This document shows, piece by piece, positions 39,424-53,198 of a stretch of DNA of 64,000 nt. Each line of letters opens with the position of its first letter. The stretch's first letter is position 1. The position numbers and the translations under genes are program-made. The stretch is from Octopus sinensis (lineage: Eukaryota), in contig NC_043008.1 in the NCBI RefSeq assembly GCF_006345805.1, forward strand, positions 56,358,001 to 56,422,000, given 5' to 3'. Under the pieces are notes generated by a model that saw nothing but the letters and a program-made list of their open reading frames with translations, ran no database searches and was not told the DNA's origin.

Positions 39424-39866
39424 TATAGGCGCAGGAGTGGCTGTGTGGTAAGTAGCTTGCTAACCAACCACATGGTTCCGGGTTCAGTCCCACTGCGTGG
39501 CATCTTGGGCAAGTGTCTTCTGCTATAGCCCCGGGCCGACCAATGCCTTGTGAGTGGATTTGGTAGACGGAAACTGAAAGAAGCCTGTCGTATATATGTA
39601 TATACATGTATATGTATGTGTGTGTATGTGTTTGTGTGTGTATGTGTTTGTGTGTTTGTGTTTATCCCCCCCCCAACATCGCTTGACAACCGATGCTGGT
39701 GTGTTTACGTCCCCGTCACTTAGCGGTTCGGCAAAAGAGACCGATAGAATAAGTACTGGGCTTACAAAAGAATAAGTCCCGGGGTCGAGTTGCTCGATTA
39801 AAGGCGGCGCTTCAGCATGGCCGCAGTCAAATGACTGAAACAAGTAAAAGAGTAAAAGAGTAAGAG
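39424..39866 (+). mobile_element. SINE family A, full length, young
   Basis: AGGCGCAGGAGTGGCTGTGTGGTAAG head, GGTTCAGTCCC B box, (AAAAGAGT)n tail. Confidence 0.95.
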
Positions 39867-40169
39867 TAGGATTCTTCGACTAGAAGACGTCATCTTAAAT
39901 AAAGCAGACAACTAGCGATGGTTCGCAATTTTATGAATTGAGATCTAACGAATGTCTGTATTTGTCATTTATAGGAATATAGAAAAGCTTAATGATTCTT
40001 TAAGGTTATAATGGACACAGGTTCGTGTGTCATATAGCTAGCTAGAGGCGATGGCCTCTTGGAGCTAATCAACGGCAGCTTTAGTCTTATATTTGTGGAC
40101 TGCCATATTAGCTTGGCGATAACTGTTAATTTGCAGTACCGCTGCCGTAGTCTCATTTAGAAATTTTAA

Positions 40170-40960
40170 TATTTCGAGTCTTTTATGACTTATCTTTTTT
40201 CTATTTCACTCATGAGACTGCGGTCATGCTCGGGCACCGCCTTGAAGGGTTTTAGTCGAACAAATCGTCACCACTACTTACGTTTTAAATGTGTTTTTAA
40301 GTTTGGTATTTTCTATCGATTACCGAACCGCTAGTTCATGGAGTTATAAACAAACCAACTCCTGTTGTCAAATACACACAAACACATATGTACGTATGTA
40401 TGCATGCATGTATGTATGTATGTATGTATGTATGTATATATGTATGTATGTATGTATGTATGCATGTATGTCTGTATGTATGTATGTAGGCGTAGGAATA
40501 GCTTGCTTACGAACCACATGGTTCCGGGTTTAGTCCCACTTCGTGGCACCTTGGGAAAATGTCTTCTACTATAGCCTCGGGCCGACCAAAGCCTTTTGAG
40601 TGGATTTGGTTTGCGTGTGTGTATATGTTTATGTATATGTTTGTGTGTCTGTGTTTGTCCCCCCAGCATCGCTTGACAACCAATGCTGGTGCAATAAGTA
40701 CTAGGCTTCCAAATAATATGTCCTGGGGTCTATTTGCTCGACTAAAGGCGGTGCTCCAGCATGGCCACAGTCAAATGACTGAAACAAGTAAAAAAAAAAG
40801 AGTATGTACAGTTTCTGTATACCAAATTAACCTGCAAGGCAGTAGTTGGCTCGGCCTGGGGCTTTAGTAGAAGACACTTACCCAAGGTGCCACGCAGTGG
40901 AATTGAAACCGAAACCACGTTATTGGTTATAACTTAACTATGCAGCCATGCTTGCGCTCA
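40170..40960. mobile_element. Nested SINE A: a + copy (40487-40800) inside an older - copy
   Basis: The minus 3' part (40170-40370) and minus 5' part (40800-40960) bracket a plus copy. Confidence 0.7.
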
Positions 40961-41645
40961 GTTGTCACAATTCGGAAGTTATAAAAAAGCTGAATCCAGC
41001 CAACCCCAACCCGCTAAAAATGCTAAGCAATGCCCTGTCTATTGTGAGATCCTCTTTACATGAAATTCTTTAAGCTGGGAAAATTTCAGCTGAACTTCTT
41101 AATCAGAAGTTTAGCTTTCGAAACGGAAACTACGTTGAAAACGGACACTATATTAAAGAAATGTGTGAGAAAATTATATAAAACAAAAAAATCTATTTTT
41201 AATTAGTCACACACTGATATTAGAAACAATATATGATGGCAGGTATTGTTTTAGTTATTGTGTTTTTATTCGTTTTCAAAAGGAAATAGAGTGTTTTAGA
41301 AATCGTTTTGATTTTGTTTTTGAAATAAATGTTGTTGTTTTTTTATCCCCTGAAGTAAATTTAATTCGAGCATAGGGGGAAGTATTCTCGAGAGAAGAAA
41401 TCGTGGTAATTCAATAGATATGTTATCATAACTGAAGACTTTGCAACGAGTTTTTTTTTTTCTTTTTGTCTCTTTTTCTAGCGGGCATAAGTCAAAACAA
41501 AACTGTGCTCAACGTGTGTGTGTGCGTGTGCTTGTGCGCGCGCATAATACATGAAAACATATATAGATATACATGCATACATATACACACATATATATAT
41601 GCATACCAACATTAATACATACGTAAACACAAATATATTGTATAA

Positions 41646-41745
41646 NNNNNNNNNNNNNNNNNNNNNNNNNNNNNNNNNNNNNNNNNNNNNNNNNNNNNNN
41701 NNNNNNNNNNNNNNNNNNNNNNNNNNNNNNNNNNNNNNNNNNNNN
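41646..41745. other. Assembly gap (100 N)
   Basis: Run of n of round length, so the true size is probably unknown. Confidence 0.99.
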
Positions 41746-42469
41746 TTAAAGACAGACCAAAATCTAGACAAGCAAAGTCAGTTCTACACAACGGAACCAT
41801 CTGGAATCTATTTCAATATTCCAAAAAAAAAAAAATACTCCTGTGTTCTTCACAGTTCACTGTTTTATTTTATAATTCTTCCCATGGCTAATTTCTATAA
41901 ATACACACTTCTTCGTCATCTTGTCTCTCTCTTTCTTTCTCTCACTACCTTTCTCCCTCACTCTTCCTGTCACCCTTTCGGCAACTATATATGCGCATAT
42001 ATATATATGTATATATATATATACATACATACATATATATATATGAATAGAACATAAATAGTATATACATATATATATATTATATATATATATATAATAT
42101 ATATATATATATAATATAGTATATATAATATATATGTATGTATATATATATTATATATATATGTATGTATATATATATTATATAATTTATATTATATATA
42201 ATATATATATATACATATATATATTATATAATATATATATATATACCGACATACAATATACATATATATTATACACATACATATATTTTATGTATGTATG
42301 GTATATATCTATATGTGTGTGTGTGTGCGTGTGTGTGTGTATACATATGTGCTGGTGATGGTGTGGGCAGGAGTATTGGTGGTAGTAGTGATGGTGGCGG
42401 TGGTTGAGGCATTGGTGGTAGTGGTAATGGTGATAGAGGTCATGCTGGTGATGGTAACCGTACTGTTAC

Positions 42470-42750
42470 TCTTTTACTTGTTTCAGTCATTTGACTGTGG
42501 CCATGCTGGTGCACCGCCTTTAGTCAAACAAATCGACCCTAGGAGTTATTCTTTGTAAGCCTAGTACTTATTCTATCGGTCTCTTTTGTCGAACCACTAA
42601 TTTACGGGGACGTAAACACACCAGCATCGGTTGCCAAACGATGCCGGTGGGGACAAACACAGACACCACACTATATACACACACATACATACATATACAT
42701 ATAGATATATATATATATATTAATATAATTTATATATATATATATATATG

Positions 42751-42797
<47 letters not shown>

Positions 42798-42803
42798 AAT
42801 GTG

Positions 42804-42858
<55 letters not shown>

Positions 42859-43070
42859 ATAATATATATATATATATATATAATATATATATAAATGCAT
42901 ATATACGGCGGGCTTCTTTTCCGTTTCCGTCTATCAAATACACTCGCAAGGCTTTGGTCGGCCCGAGGCTATAGTAGAAGACACTTGCCCAAGGTGCCAC
43001 GCAGTGGGACTGAACCTGGAACCATGAGGTTCGTAAGCAAGCTTCTTACCACACAGCCGATCAAAGAGTG
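42470..43070 (-). mobile_element. SINE family A with expanded internal (TA)n
   Basis: Tail at 42470, head near 43060. Confidence 0.88.
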
Positions 43071-43431
43071 TACATATATATATATACTCACCCCATAGGT
43101 TTGAAATAATACTCTCTAATAGAAACATGTTAAACTGTGTCGCGGAGTAGATGAGAAGGGACAACTGAAGAAGAGGAATATTCTTTATGTTGTATGTCTC
43201 GTTTCTCTGCTTTTTTTTTCGTTGTTCCAAGAAAAAGTTCGTTTTTACGTTTTTGTTTTTATGTTTTCATTTCTCTTTGTGTTCTACGTTTTTTTATGTC
43301 CTGTACCCATATATGCATGTATATATACATATATATGCAGGTATGCACATATATGTATATATGCATATATTTATATATTATTTATATTATTTATATTATT
43401 ATATGATAGAACGCCACGCATCTTTTCCAAG

Positions 43432-43464
<33 letters not shown>

Positions 43465-43642
43465 ATGTGTATATCTATATATATATATATATGGGTGCAT
43501 TTTTATACATACATACATACACACATACTCAAACTCATATATTTATTCCTGTGCATATACATATACTTATGCGTATACACACACATATATATATAATGAA
43601 CTTTTGATGATGTCATACAAATATGCATGTATGCATGCATGC

Positions 43643-43674
<32 letters not shown>

Positions 43675-43709
43675 GTATATTATATATGCTTGTGAGTGTA
43701 TATATATAG

Positions 43710-43917
43710 CTTTTCAGTATGTGACCGCGTGAAGACCACTTGCAATTTTTTTCCATCTGTCCTCCCACCTCGGGATCTTTCTTTCTCCTATGTTTCCGAC
43801 GAAGAGCTCCGCTCGAAACGTCATGCCCTCCTTCTTCCCTTCTTTCCTGAGCGCCCAATAATACTTTATTTGTTCCACATCCTCGCGTTGTTGTCTTTTT
43901 GTTTTCTTGTTTGGTTT

Positions 43918-43920
<3 letters not shown>
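43710..43920 (+). mobile_element. Penelope-like fragment with mutated minimal hammerhead (43792-43822)
   Basis: GTTT-CCGACGA-A-GAGC-TCC-GCTC-GAAA-C-GTC, with U4 mutated to C. Homologous to 32965-33170. Confidence 0.65.
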
Positions 43921-43974
<54 letters not shown>

Positions 43975-44277
43975 CTGTATCTACTATAAATAAAACTCTC
44001 GATCTATCTTATGAGACGGTGTCAATGTTTGGGTGTGACATAATGACTCAGATTTTAACAATTGGTGCACGATGTTACTGAACACACGTTGCAGCGGAGT
44101 ACGGTGCAAGCATAAGTGCAGTAATGCTTTCTGTTTTTTGTGACATGTTTGTGCAACATGGACTGGTACCGTGTTCTGACTCACGTATGCAAAGAAACAC
44201 ATATGCAAATAAAACATGTGCGTCCACACGTGTATCGTGTGTGTGTGTGTGTGTGTGCATGCAAACATAAACACACA

Positions 44278-44309
<32 letters not shown>

Positions 44310-44320
44310 ACACATATATG

Positions 44321-44353
<33 letters not shown>

Positions 44354-44462
44354 TGAGCACTCATTTCGTCGTTCGACATTTACGTAGATATATATAAGCA
44401 CGCACGTACATACATACATACATATACACGCACACGCACGAACATATAGACATACACACACA

Positions 44463-44500
<38 letters not shown>

Positions 44501-44694
44501 GTAAGTATATAGTTTCTGCTGCCGTTGTTGTTGTTATTGTTGTGGTCATTGCTCTGTCATAGTCATCGTTATAGTAAACGTCTTGTCGTTTGTGTGATTT
44601 CTTCCTTGTGCGGTATCATGGACACACACACACACACATACACACACACACACCACACATACACACACACACACACACACGCATACACACACAC

Positions 44695-44930
44695 GTATTA
44701 TATATTCTGTTCTGCTCTATCTAGGCACAAGGCCCGAAATTTTGGGGAAGTGGGCCAGGCCAGTCGATTAGATCGACCCCAGTTCAAAACTGGTACTTAG
44801 TTTTTATCGACCCCGAAAGGATAAAAAGCAAAATCGATCTCAGTGGAATTTGAACTCAGAATGTACAGACAGACGAAATACCTCTCAGCATTTCGTCCGG
44901 CGTGCTAACGTTTCTGCCAGCTTGCCGCCT
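44695..44930 (-). mobile_element. SINE family B-related, diverged
   Basis: TTTATCGACCCCGAAAGGAT..AGCTTGCCGCCTT. Confidence 0.8.
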
Positions 44931-45710
44931 TATACGTATTACATATTGAGAGGGTGGGGGTGGGGGCGAGAGTGATGTAAAACAAATTTACAAGCGCGTG
45001 TTTTCAGTAGACAGCTTGTATATACACACGGGTAAAATTAAATTGGTATGTCCTGATTTGCATAACAGTTCAAACGCGAGTATTGAATTCATTAAAAATC
45101 TACTTGTTTTTTACTTCAATGAAACTAAAACAGGTGTTTACTAAAAATACACACTCCAAATTTAATCTTAATTACGTATTTATTCACATCCTCTACCGAT
45201 TAATTGATTAACTAATTAATTAACTTCACACTGACAGCTCTGATACTCTAACACATTTTAGGACACACTCTATGTCTGTTTTTGCATATTATGAATAATT
45301 CTGAGATAATATTTTCTCTGTAGTCATCAATTTGTACTACGTGACTCAGACTACACAACTCGAGAAGATAGAGTGTGTACTATTCGTCGTTAATTAAATT
45401 GATGCCTAGAAACCTTGGGTTTCCTGTCAGTAGAGTTATTCGACAATCGTACAAATATTTATGCACTGGGTGTTTGCTAGAATACCAGAAAAGAGCGCGG
45501 ATAACACTCAGAACCCCCATACGACTGCAGATAGCAGTAGACGCGTTCTGTCGGCAGAAAACACGAGGGTTTTGGATGAGAGGTTGAATGTAGTTTAAAT
45601 GAAAACTTAATGTAGTTTAAGTGGTCTTCCGAACGTTTGCCATCACTAACGTAATGTGTGTCACTGTGTGCATGCTACATACATACTTACATACATACAT
45701 ACATACATAC

Positions 45711-45753
<43 letters not shown>

Positions 45754-46474
45754 CTTCAAAATTGGAATGAGTGCTCATTGGAACAGTGGACTATGTAGTC
45801 CTGAAGACATTGTTTGAATAAAAGGCATAATGGTCACTTCTGGAATACTTTCTATCATAGCGTTCGCTCAGACAGGACTAACCTCTGGCTAAATAGCAAT
45901 AACAACTATGGGATGTGTATTGTATATCTCTATTGTTCTTATTTATGTAAATCCGGTAAACAAGACTGAGAAATTGAAAAATTCGACACCGCACAATTAC
46001 GAGCCTAATTTTTTATTTCTGATTGTAGCAGTTTTATTTTTTCTACGTTGCGAAAGGTTTCGGGAAAAACATGACATTTACAACATCACATTTCCAAGTA
46101 TCTTTCCTGATCTGAGGTTACTGAGTGTCAGTGTATTGTTTTTAATGGGAATCTATGATGTCATTAAAACGCCCTCCTCCCCTCTTCGCTGCTGTGATGG
46201 TGGTCTGTAGTCTATTGAAGACTACAGACACTTGGTTAATACCTTCTTTTGCTTTACACCTGTTTCAATCATTGGATTGCATCCATGATGGGGCACCGCC
46301 TTCAATGGTTTTTTGACGAACAAATCGACTTTAAAAGTGTTTACTTTTAAAATCTGGCACTTATTCCATCGCTTTCTTACGCCGAACCGCTAATGCTACG
46401 GAGACATGAATGAATCAACGTTGATTATCAAGCGATGAAAGTGGGTATAGACATGAACTCAATGACACACACAT

Positions 46475-46512
<38 letters not shown>

Positions 46513-46519
46513 TATGTAT

Positions 46520-46811
46520 AAGTGGAGACGCAATGGCCCAGTGGTTAGGGCAGTGGACTCGCGGTCGTAGGATCGCGGTTTCGATTCCCAGACCGGGCGT
46601 TGTGAGTGTTTATTGAGCGAAAACACTTAAAAGCTCCACGAGGCTCCGGCAGGGGATGGTGGTGATCCCTGCTGTATTCTTTCACCACTCTTTCTTCTGT
46701 TGGTCAGCTCGCTTAGCCAGCGGGGTGGCGTCATTCGAAGGCTAAAACAATGCGAACGCATTGTGACCAGCGATGTGTAACTACATCTGATGGACTGGTC
46801 GGTCACGTGAT

Positions 46812-46817
<6 letters not shown>
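46520..46817 (+). mobile_element. SINE family C, tail type 1
   Basis: TGGAGACGCAATGGCCCAGTGGTTAGGG head; GGTCACGTGATCACGTGAT end. Confidence 0.92.
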
Positions 46818-46854
<37 letters not shown>

Positions 46855-47484
46855 AATATATATATGTGCGCGTGTGCATCTATATATGTGTGTGTGTGCG
46901 TGTGTGTGTTATGTAATGGGTTATATCTAAAAATAAATGAAAATTAAGTTATCAGCTGTTAGGGTGTATATACATTGTTTGGACACCCTGTATGTGTATA
47001 AATATGTCATGGGAAAAATAAGTATATTTTTCTCCCTCCCATGTCTTCGTTAGCCTCAGAAATTAAAACAAGGGAGAAATTTTTAGTCAAAAGTACACAT
47101 AATGTTTGCATAAATTTGAATATGTTTATTTACAGAACGTCACGTGTCCAGCAGTGTGTTTAATTGTGTATGTGCAAGTATTGTATTTTGACTTGTTACT
47201 TATCCAAAATTGTGACTTCTCTGATTAAGAAGTTCTTGTTAGTACACACACGCGCACACAAACATACGCACACACACACACGCGCATTTATATATAGACA
47301 TATATATGTATTTATTCACATACATGTATACGTAGACACATACATATTGTAAACATACATATCGTTTATGCAAGCTGGCTAACAAGTGGAGCTAACTGAA
47401 ACCATTTGATCTTCTCGATGTATCTCTAGACTCTCCCATCTCTATCACTTCTTCACATCTACCCCTCACCCCAACATTTACCCA

Positions 47485-47850
47485 CTTTACTCTTTTACTC
47501 TTTTACTCTTTTACTTGTTTCAGTCATTTGACTGCGGCCTTGCTGGAGCACCGCCTTTAGTCGAGCAAATCGACCCCGGGACTTATTCTTTGTAAGCCCA
47601 GTACTTATTCTATCGGTCTCTTTTTGCCGAACCGCTAAGTTACGGGGACATAAACACACCAGCATCGGTTGTCAAGCAATGCTAGGGGGACAAATACAGA
47701 CACACAAACATATACACACACAAAACATATATATATACATATATACGACAGGCTTCTTTCAGTTTCCGTCTACCAAATCCACTCACAAGGCATTGGTCGG
47801 CCCGGGGCTATAGCAGAAGACACTTGCCCAAGATGCCACGCAGTGGGACT
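47485..47850 (-). mobile_element. SINE family A, 5' truncated
   Basis: Near-identical to the 24103 copy; stops at GTGGGACT. Confidence 0.92.
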
Positions 47851-47877
47851 TTATTTAATTCTTTATTGCCCACAAGG

Positions 47878-48222
47878 GGCTAAACACAGAGGGGACAAAC
47901 AAGGACAGACAAAGCGATTAAGTCGATTATATCGACCCCAGTGCGTAACTAGTACTTATTTAATCGACCCCGAAAGGATGAAAGGCAAAGTTGAACTCGG
48001 CAGAATTTGAACTCAGAACGTAGCGGCAGACGAAATACCTATTTCTTTACTATCCACAAGGGGCTAATCACAGAAGGGACAAACAAGGACAGACAAAGGG
48101 ATTAAGTCGATTATATCGACCCCAGTGCGTAACTGGTACATATTTAATCGACCCCGAAAGGATGAAAGGCAAAGTCGACCTCAGCAGAATTTGAACTCAG
48201 AACGTAGCGGCAGACGAAATAA
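47878..48222 (-). mobile_element. SINE B head-less tandem dimer
   Basis: Two ~180-bp units joined at CGGCAGACGAAATA|CCTATTTCTTTACT. Confidence 0.88.
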
Positions 48223-48230
48223 TCGATATC

Positions 48231-48933
48231 CCCTTTTACTAAGTCACTGTTTACGACGTTTAACATTTCGATAGAAGACCCATTTTCGTTACCAGTCACA
48301 AGTTTATCCAAAAAGCGTGAAATGAGTTCGCGAGAATGGAGGGAAGAGCAGATGTCAACTCGGGATTTGCGGTTGCTTTCGGATATTTCACGAGGCCCCC
48401 ATTTTGCCAAGTTAAGGAACTTTTCCAAGTTGTTGAAAATGGCGATGAACAGTTGTATGGTTTGAACTAAGCTTTATTGCCAATTCTTCAACTGATAATG
48501 CAGGATTTTCTTCAAGTAAAGCCTCAAGGAGCTTATCATCAAACTCAACTGGACGTCCTGTTCGATCTTCATCTTCAAGGCTGAAATCTCCACTTCTGAA
48601 TTTTGCAAACCATCTTCTGCAAGTTCTCCCATTCAAGCATTCTTTCCCATAAACTGAGTGTATGTTTCGAGTCGCTGCGGCTGCAGAGTTTTCTTTTTTG
48701 TACTCAAAGCATTATGTGCCTCAAATGCTCTTTGCATACTTCCATGTTAGAAAGGGTTTTAATCAAAGAAAGTTTAATTCTATTATTCTGTAAAATAATA
48801 TCTAATTAGTTTAAATGCACACAAATGTATAAAAATAATTTTTACTTCTATTAGACATTCTAAAATACTATTAAATTTCATTCAATTTTAATAAAAGGTA
48901 AAATCGGACAGAACTTATGGGAAGACCTGATAT
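48231..48933 (-). mobile_element. mariner transposon 5' half (defective)
   Basis: Translates to RTCRRWFAKFRSGDFSLEDEDRTGRP..LSVEELA..HTTVHRH and KWGPREI..RVDICSSL..FLDKLVTGNE (decayed WVPHEL and TGDEKW). 5' TIR TATCAGGTCTTCCCATAAGTTCTGTCCG. Confidence 0.92.
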
Positions 48934-49087
48934 ATAGAAGAGGCACAAAAATTCTTAAATATGAAAATATACCTATTCTGCTTTGTTTTATTTCATTTTA
49001 TTTTGCTTCGTTCCATATCTCTTCATTGAAAAATTTGTATACATAAGGAATTTGATAATTTCCTCCGACTAACCTTATTGTTATTGC

Positions 49088-49119
<32 letters not shown>

Positions 49120-49162
49120 TGCGTACATATATGTGTGTATACATTCATGTATATATACATTG

Positions 49163-49198
<36 letters not shown>

Positions 49199-50615
49199 GT
49201 ATGCATTACATATATATGCCTGTGTATATGTACACACACACATACACACACACACACACATACACACACACACATACATACACATAGGTAGATAAATTGC
49301 TAGAAACAGAGAGTTGGGAGAACTCAAAGGTTATTTGCAATAAAATAGCAAAGAATTAAAAATATAGAAAAGCAAAATTTGTAACAAAATAGAAAATTAA
49401 ATAAAATTAACCCCTTAATCACACACTATACATGTAGGTTATTGACTTTTGAACAGTACGTACGGGTTGCATGAGTATGCCAAACGGGCACAAAAAGAAA
49501 TCTCTTTTCTTAAGGTAAATTTTTATACTTATTTTCATTTTAAATAATAAAAAATAAACTATTGCCAGTCTAACGCGGAATAAAATTAACTATCTCATTA
49601 TTGAAAAAAACCGTAAAATATTCACTATTCTCCGCATCCGGTGTGAACTTAAAGTCATCTGAGATTCCGGCATTGTTGACGTGAAACGAATGTTCACATG
49701 AAGAAAATCAGTGCATTTTTTTCTATCCAGAGCTAGTTTAAGTATCGGTTTCTTTTGCACTATCTATAGCATCATCGTGAACATCATCTATTTGCGAATT
49801 CATCTCTCCATCGATAAGAGCCGCTTGCGTTTTGGCACATTTGACGAAGAAGACGCTCGGGCTTGGATACATGGCCATATCTACAAAAACTTTTTGAAAC
49901 ATCAATTGGTGATGTCAGCTTCTCAAGGGTTAACCAGATGTTTGACTTTTGACTCGAGTTTCACGCTACTACCATCCGCAGGCGAGATCTCTAACTACTC
50001 AGTTTGGTTGTGTGTTTATATTAATTGTTTTACGTATGAATCCCATGCTTGTGTTTATTGTCTGACGTTTGCTGATTGATGTTATTTTTCTGCTTCACGA
50101 GTGTTTATTTTTGTGGAGTGGTGCTTCTTTTTCTTGTGTTTATTGATAAGGAGTTACGGGCGTATTTTTTTATTTGTTTATTTAGTTTTGTCTGCTTATC
50201 TAAGATATTTTCCTCGGTTTTTTAGTCAAGTTCCTTTATCGTAAAGTGTTTGTAAATATTGTTGTTTTGATGAACATTAGTTAACTTATAATAATTTGCT
50301 TGTTTGTGAGTAAATGTAACTGTAAAACTAATTAAGGATGTTTACTTATGACAAAATAAGTGGTATTTCATAGCTGAGTGATTTTATCGCTACTTAAAGA
50401 AAACGTCTGTTAAACTAATTATTGATTTTGTTTATTTCACCCAGGGTGTATGCTTTTTTGAATTATAAGTCTCTCTCTTTCTCTCTCTCTCTTTCACCTA
50501 ACATGTATATACATACATCTATTTATACACATACATATGTATACACATATATATACAAATATGGCTGTGTGTGAATATTTGCGTCCCTCTCTATACACAC
50601 ACACACACACACACA

Positions 50616-50669
<54 letters not shown>

Positions 50670-50743
50670 TTATATATATTTATACATATATATGTCTATA
50701 TATGTATGTATATATATATATCTATGTATACATATATATATGT

Positions 50744-50809
<66 letters not shown>

Positions 50810-50940
50810 TCATGCACAGGCGCACATACATACATATACCTACATGAATACATATATGCATACATACATATACCTACATGAATACATATATGCATACACA
50901 CATGCTTAAAGTTATGTTTTATTTTCTTGTATTTGATCAG

Positions 50941-51647
50941 GTGTAGAAGTGATCTGCAGACAAACGGAGGCCACACTGCTGCTGACATTGCCAAAATATG
51001 GAGTAGAAAAAGAATTGCTTCTATACTGAGTAACGAGAGCTCATCCCCGAGATCATCGATTTCTAACGAGAGCAACAAACCTCTTATAGAAAACCTGGAG
51101 AAGAAACACGTTTCCTTCAATGTCTTACAACGCTGCTCAGACAAACGGAAAGATCTTCTATGGCTGGATACCAAGAAGAAGGACGTCAGCACTCAATTCC
51201 TTTTATTTTCAGATCTTCAAATCTATGTTTCACCAGAAAAACAATCTAACGACGATACACCTCAGAGACATCAACTAATCGCGGCTAGTTATAAAGATAT
51301 CGATTTTTTTTTGAACGAAGAAAAATCATTAAACATCTTTTTAGGAACGGAACCACTTCAGACGAAAAACGAACAATCAAAGAAAGACCGTGCATGGTTC
51401 GCTATTGATGTGTCTTCGATGGACAAAGATAAACTTGAGAGTATCTTGCCCAATGGTCACTTCGTATCACCTTTCCCTGCTTTTTTGAATTTGAATGAAT
51501 ACGAGAGGTGTATCTTTTCTGAAGCTTGTTCGTTGATTTTGTGGCACATGGACCACCAATTCTGCCCCACCTGCGGTTGCCGAACGATCCCGGAAGACGC
51601 CGGACTTAAACGAGAATGCACTAACGGAAAATGTTTGAGTCGATCAG
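50941..51647 (+). CDS. NUDT12: NUDT12-like exon: last ankyrin repeat, NudC-like N-terminal domain and C4 zinc finger
   Basis: CRSDLQTNGGHTAADIAKIW matches NUDT12 GCD..N...TALDIA.FW. RAWFAID; WHMDHQFCPTCG-x13-C-x4-C. CAG acceptor in phase 2; GTTCGT donor in phase 1. Confidence 0.95.
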
Positions 51648-52164
51648 GTTCGTAATATAATTCTAAATATTCTTTATCTTTTATCATTTATCTTTTATAT
51701 CTTTTGTTTGTTTCAATCATTGAACTGCGGCCATGCTGGGGCACATCTTTGAAGAGTTTAGTCGAATGAATCAACCTCGCTACCTATTTTTATAGCTTGG
51801 TACCTATTCTAGTGGGGGTCATTTTGCCGTATTACTAAATCAGAGGACGCAAACAGACCAACAGCATTTGTCAAGAGATGGTTGGGAACAAACAAACACA
51901 CACCTCACACACCCACACATACGCTCACACACACGTACAGACACACACACACACACTCATACGCAAACACAAATACACACACACATACGCGCGCGCACCC
52001 ACACGTGCACACATATACGCACGCACACACACACACACGAACACACACAAACACGCACACACATACACATACACACACACACTCTCTGTCTCTTTCTCAC
52101 ACACACTCACGCACGCACACACAGCAATGACAAATGCATACAAATATAATATATACAAATGTAA

Positions 52165-52565
52165 AGGCGGCGAGCTGGTAGAGACGTTAGCACGCCGGGC
52201 GAAGTGCTTCGCGGTATTTCGCCCGTTGCTACGTTCTGAGTTCAAATTCCGCCGAGGTCGACTTTACTTTTCATCCTTTCGGGGTCGATAAATTAAGTAC
52301 CAGTTACGGACTGATGTTGATGTAATCGACTTAATCCGTTTATCTGTCCTTGTTTGTCCTGCCTGTGTTTAGCCCCTTGTGGATAGTAAAGAAATAGGTG
52401 TTTCGTCTGCCGCTATGTTCTGAGTTCAAATTCCGCCGAGGTCGACTTTACTTTTCATCCTTTCGGGGTCGATAAATTAAGTACCAGTTACGCACTGGGG
52501 TCGATGTAATCGACTTGATCCGTTTGTCTGTCCCCTCTATGTTTAGCCCCCTGTCGCTAAGAAAG
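52165..52565 (+). mobile_element. SINE B with tandem second unit
   Basis: Full head, then GTAAAGAAATAGGT|GTTTCGTCTGCCG restart. Confidence 0.9.
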
Positions 52566-52642
52566 AAACAGAATGCGTACAAATATAATCGCTTTGAAGT
52601 AATTAAAACAATTTTGTCATGTAATATGTTCTTCTCCTTCAG

Positions 52643-52786
52643 GTTTATTGAATACGAACTACCCACGTGTGGACCCTAATGTTGTAGTTCTTGTCGTCAA
52701 TTCTTCCCAAACTCACTGTCTGATGGGGCTCAAGAAAAATTTCCCCTCCAATATGTTCTTCTGTGTCTCTGGTTATATCGAACCTG
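52643..52786 (+). CDS. NUDT12: NUDT12-like exon: start of the Nudix domain (NYPRVDPNVVVLV..MFFCVSGYIEPG)
   Basis: YPRVDP and GYIEPG motifs; CAG acceptor and GTAAGA donor, both phase 1. Confidence 0.96.
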
Positions 52787-52838
52787 GTAAGATGTCAACT
52801 TTCTTGTTCTTATTCTTGTTGTTGTTGTTGTTGCTGTT

Positions 52839-53198
52839 GAGCGAAGCAGTCTTCGTCCCAGAGTAGGAGAAGTCAGAAACGTGGTCCTTTGCTATTCGTA
52901 AGACCCGCAGAAGAGAAAGCAGGTCAACCCCCGACACCGAGAGCATCGACGGATGGATGAATGCGCGTCCAGGCTCAGCGGTTGCGTAGGAAGTCGTGGA
53001 TAAGAAACAGGAAGAAAGAGTGAGAGAAAGTTGGAGCGAATGAGTACAACAGGGGTCGTCACCACTCCCTGCCGGAGCCTCGTGGAGCTTTAGGTGTTTT
53101 TGCTCAATAAACACACACAACGCCCGGTCTGGGAATCGAAACCGCGATCCTCCGACCGCGAGTCCGCTGCTCTAGCCATTGGGCCATTGCGCCTCCAC
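52839..53198 (-). mobile_element. SINE family C, tail type 3, with 13-bp TSD
   Basis: TGTTGTTGCTGTT at 52826-38 and 53199-211. The tail is unlike the other family C copies. Confidence 0.88.

Noticed and set aside
44075-44180. Minus-strand ITALMLA peptide as the missing NUDT12 ankyrin exon
   Set aside because: Wrong strand, lacks the G before T and the AxxGH after, and is followed by a stop.
49407-49932. piggyBac element bounded by TTAACCCCTT and AAGGGTTAA
   Set aside because: The putative TIR match is only about 5 nt, and no transposase motif was recognised.
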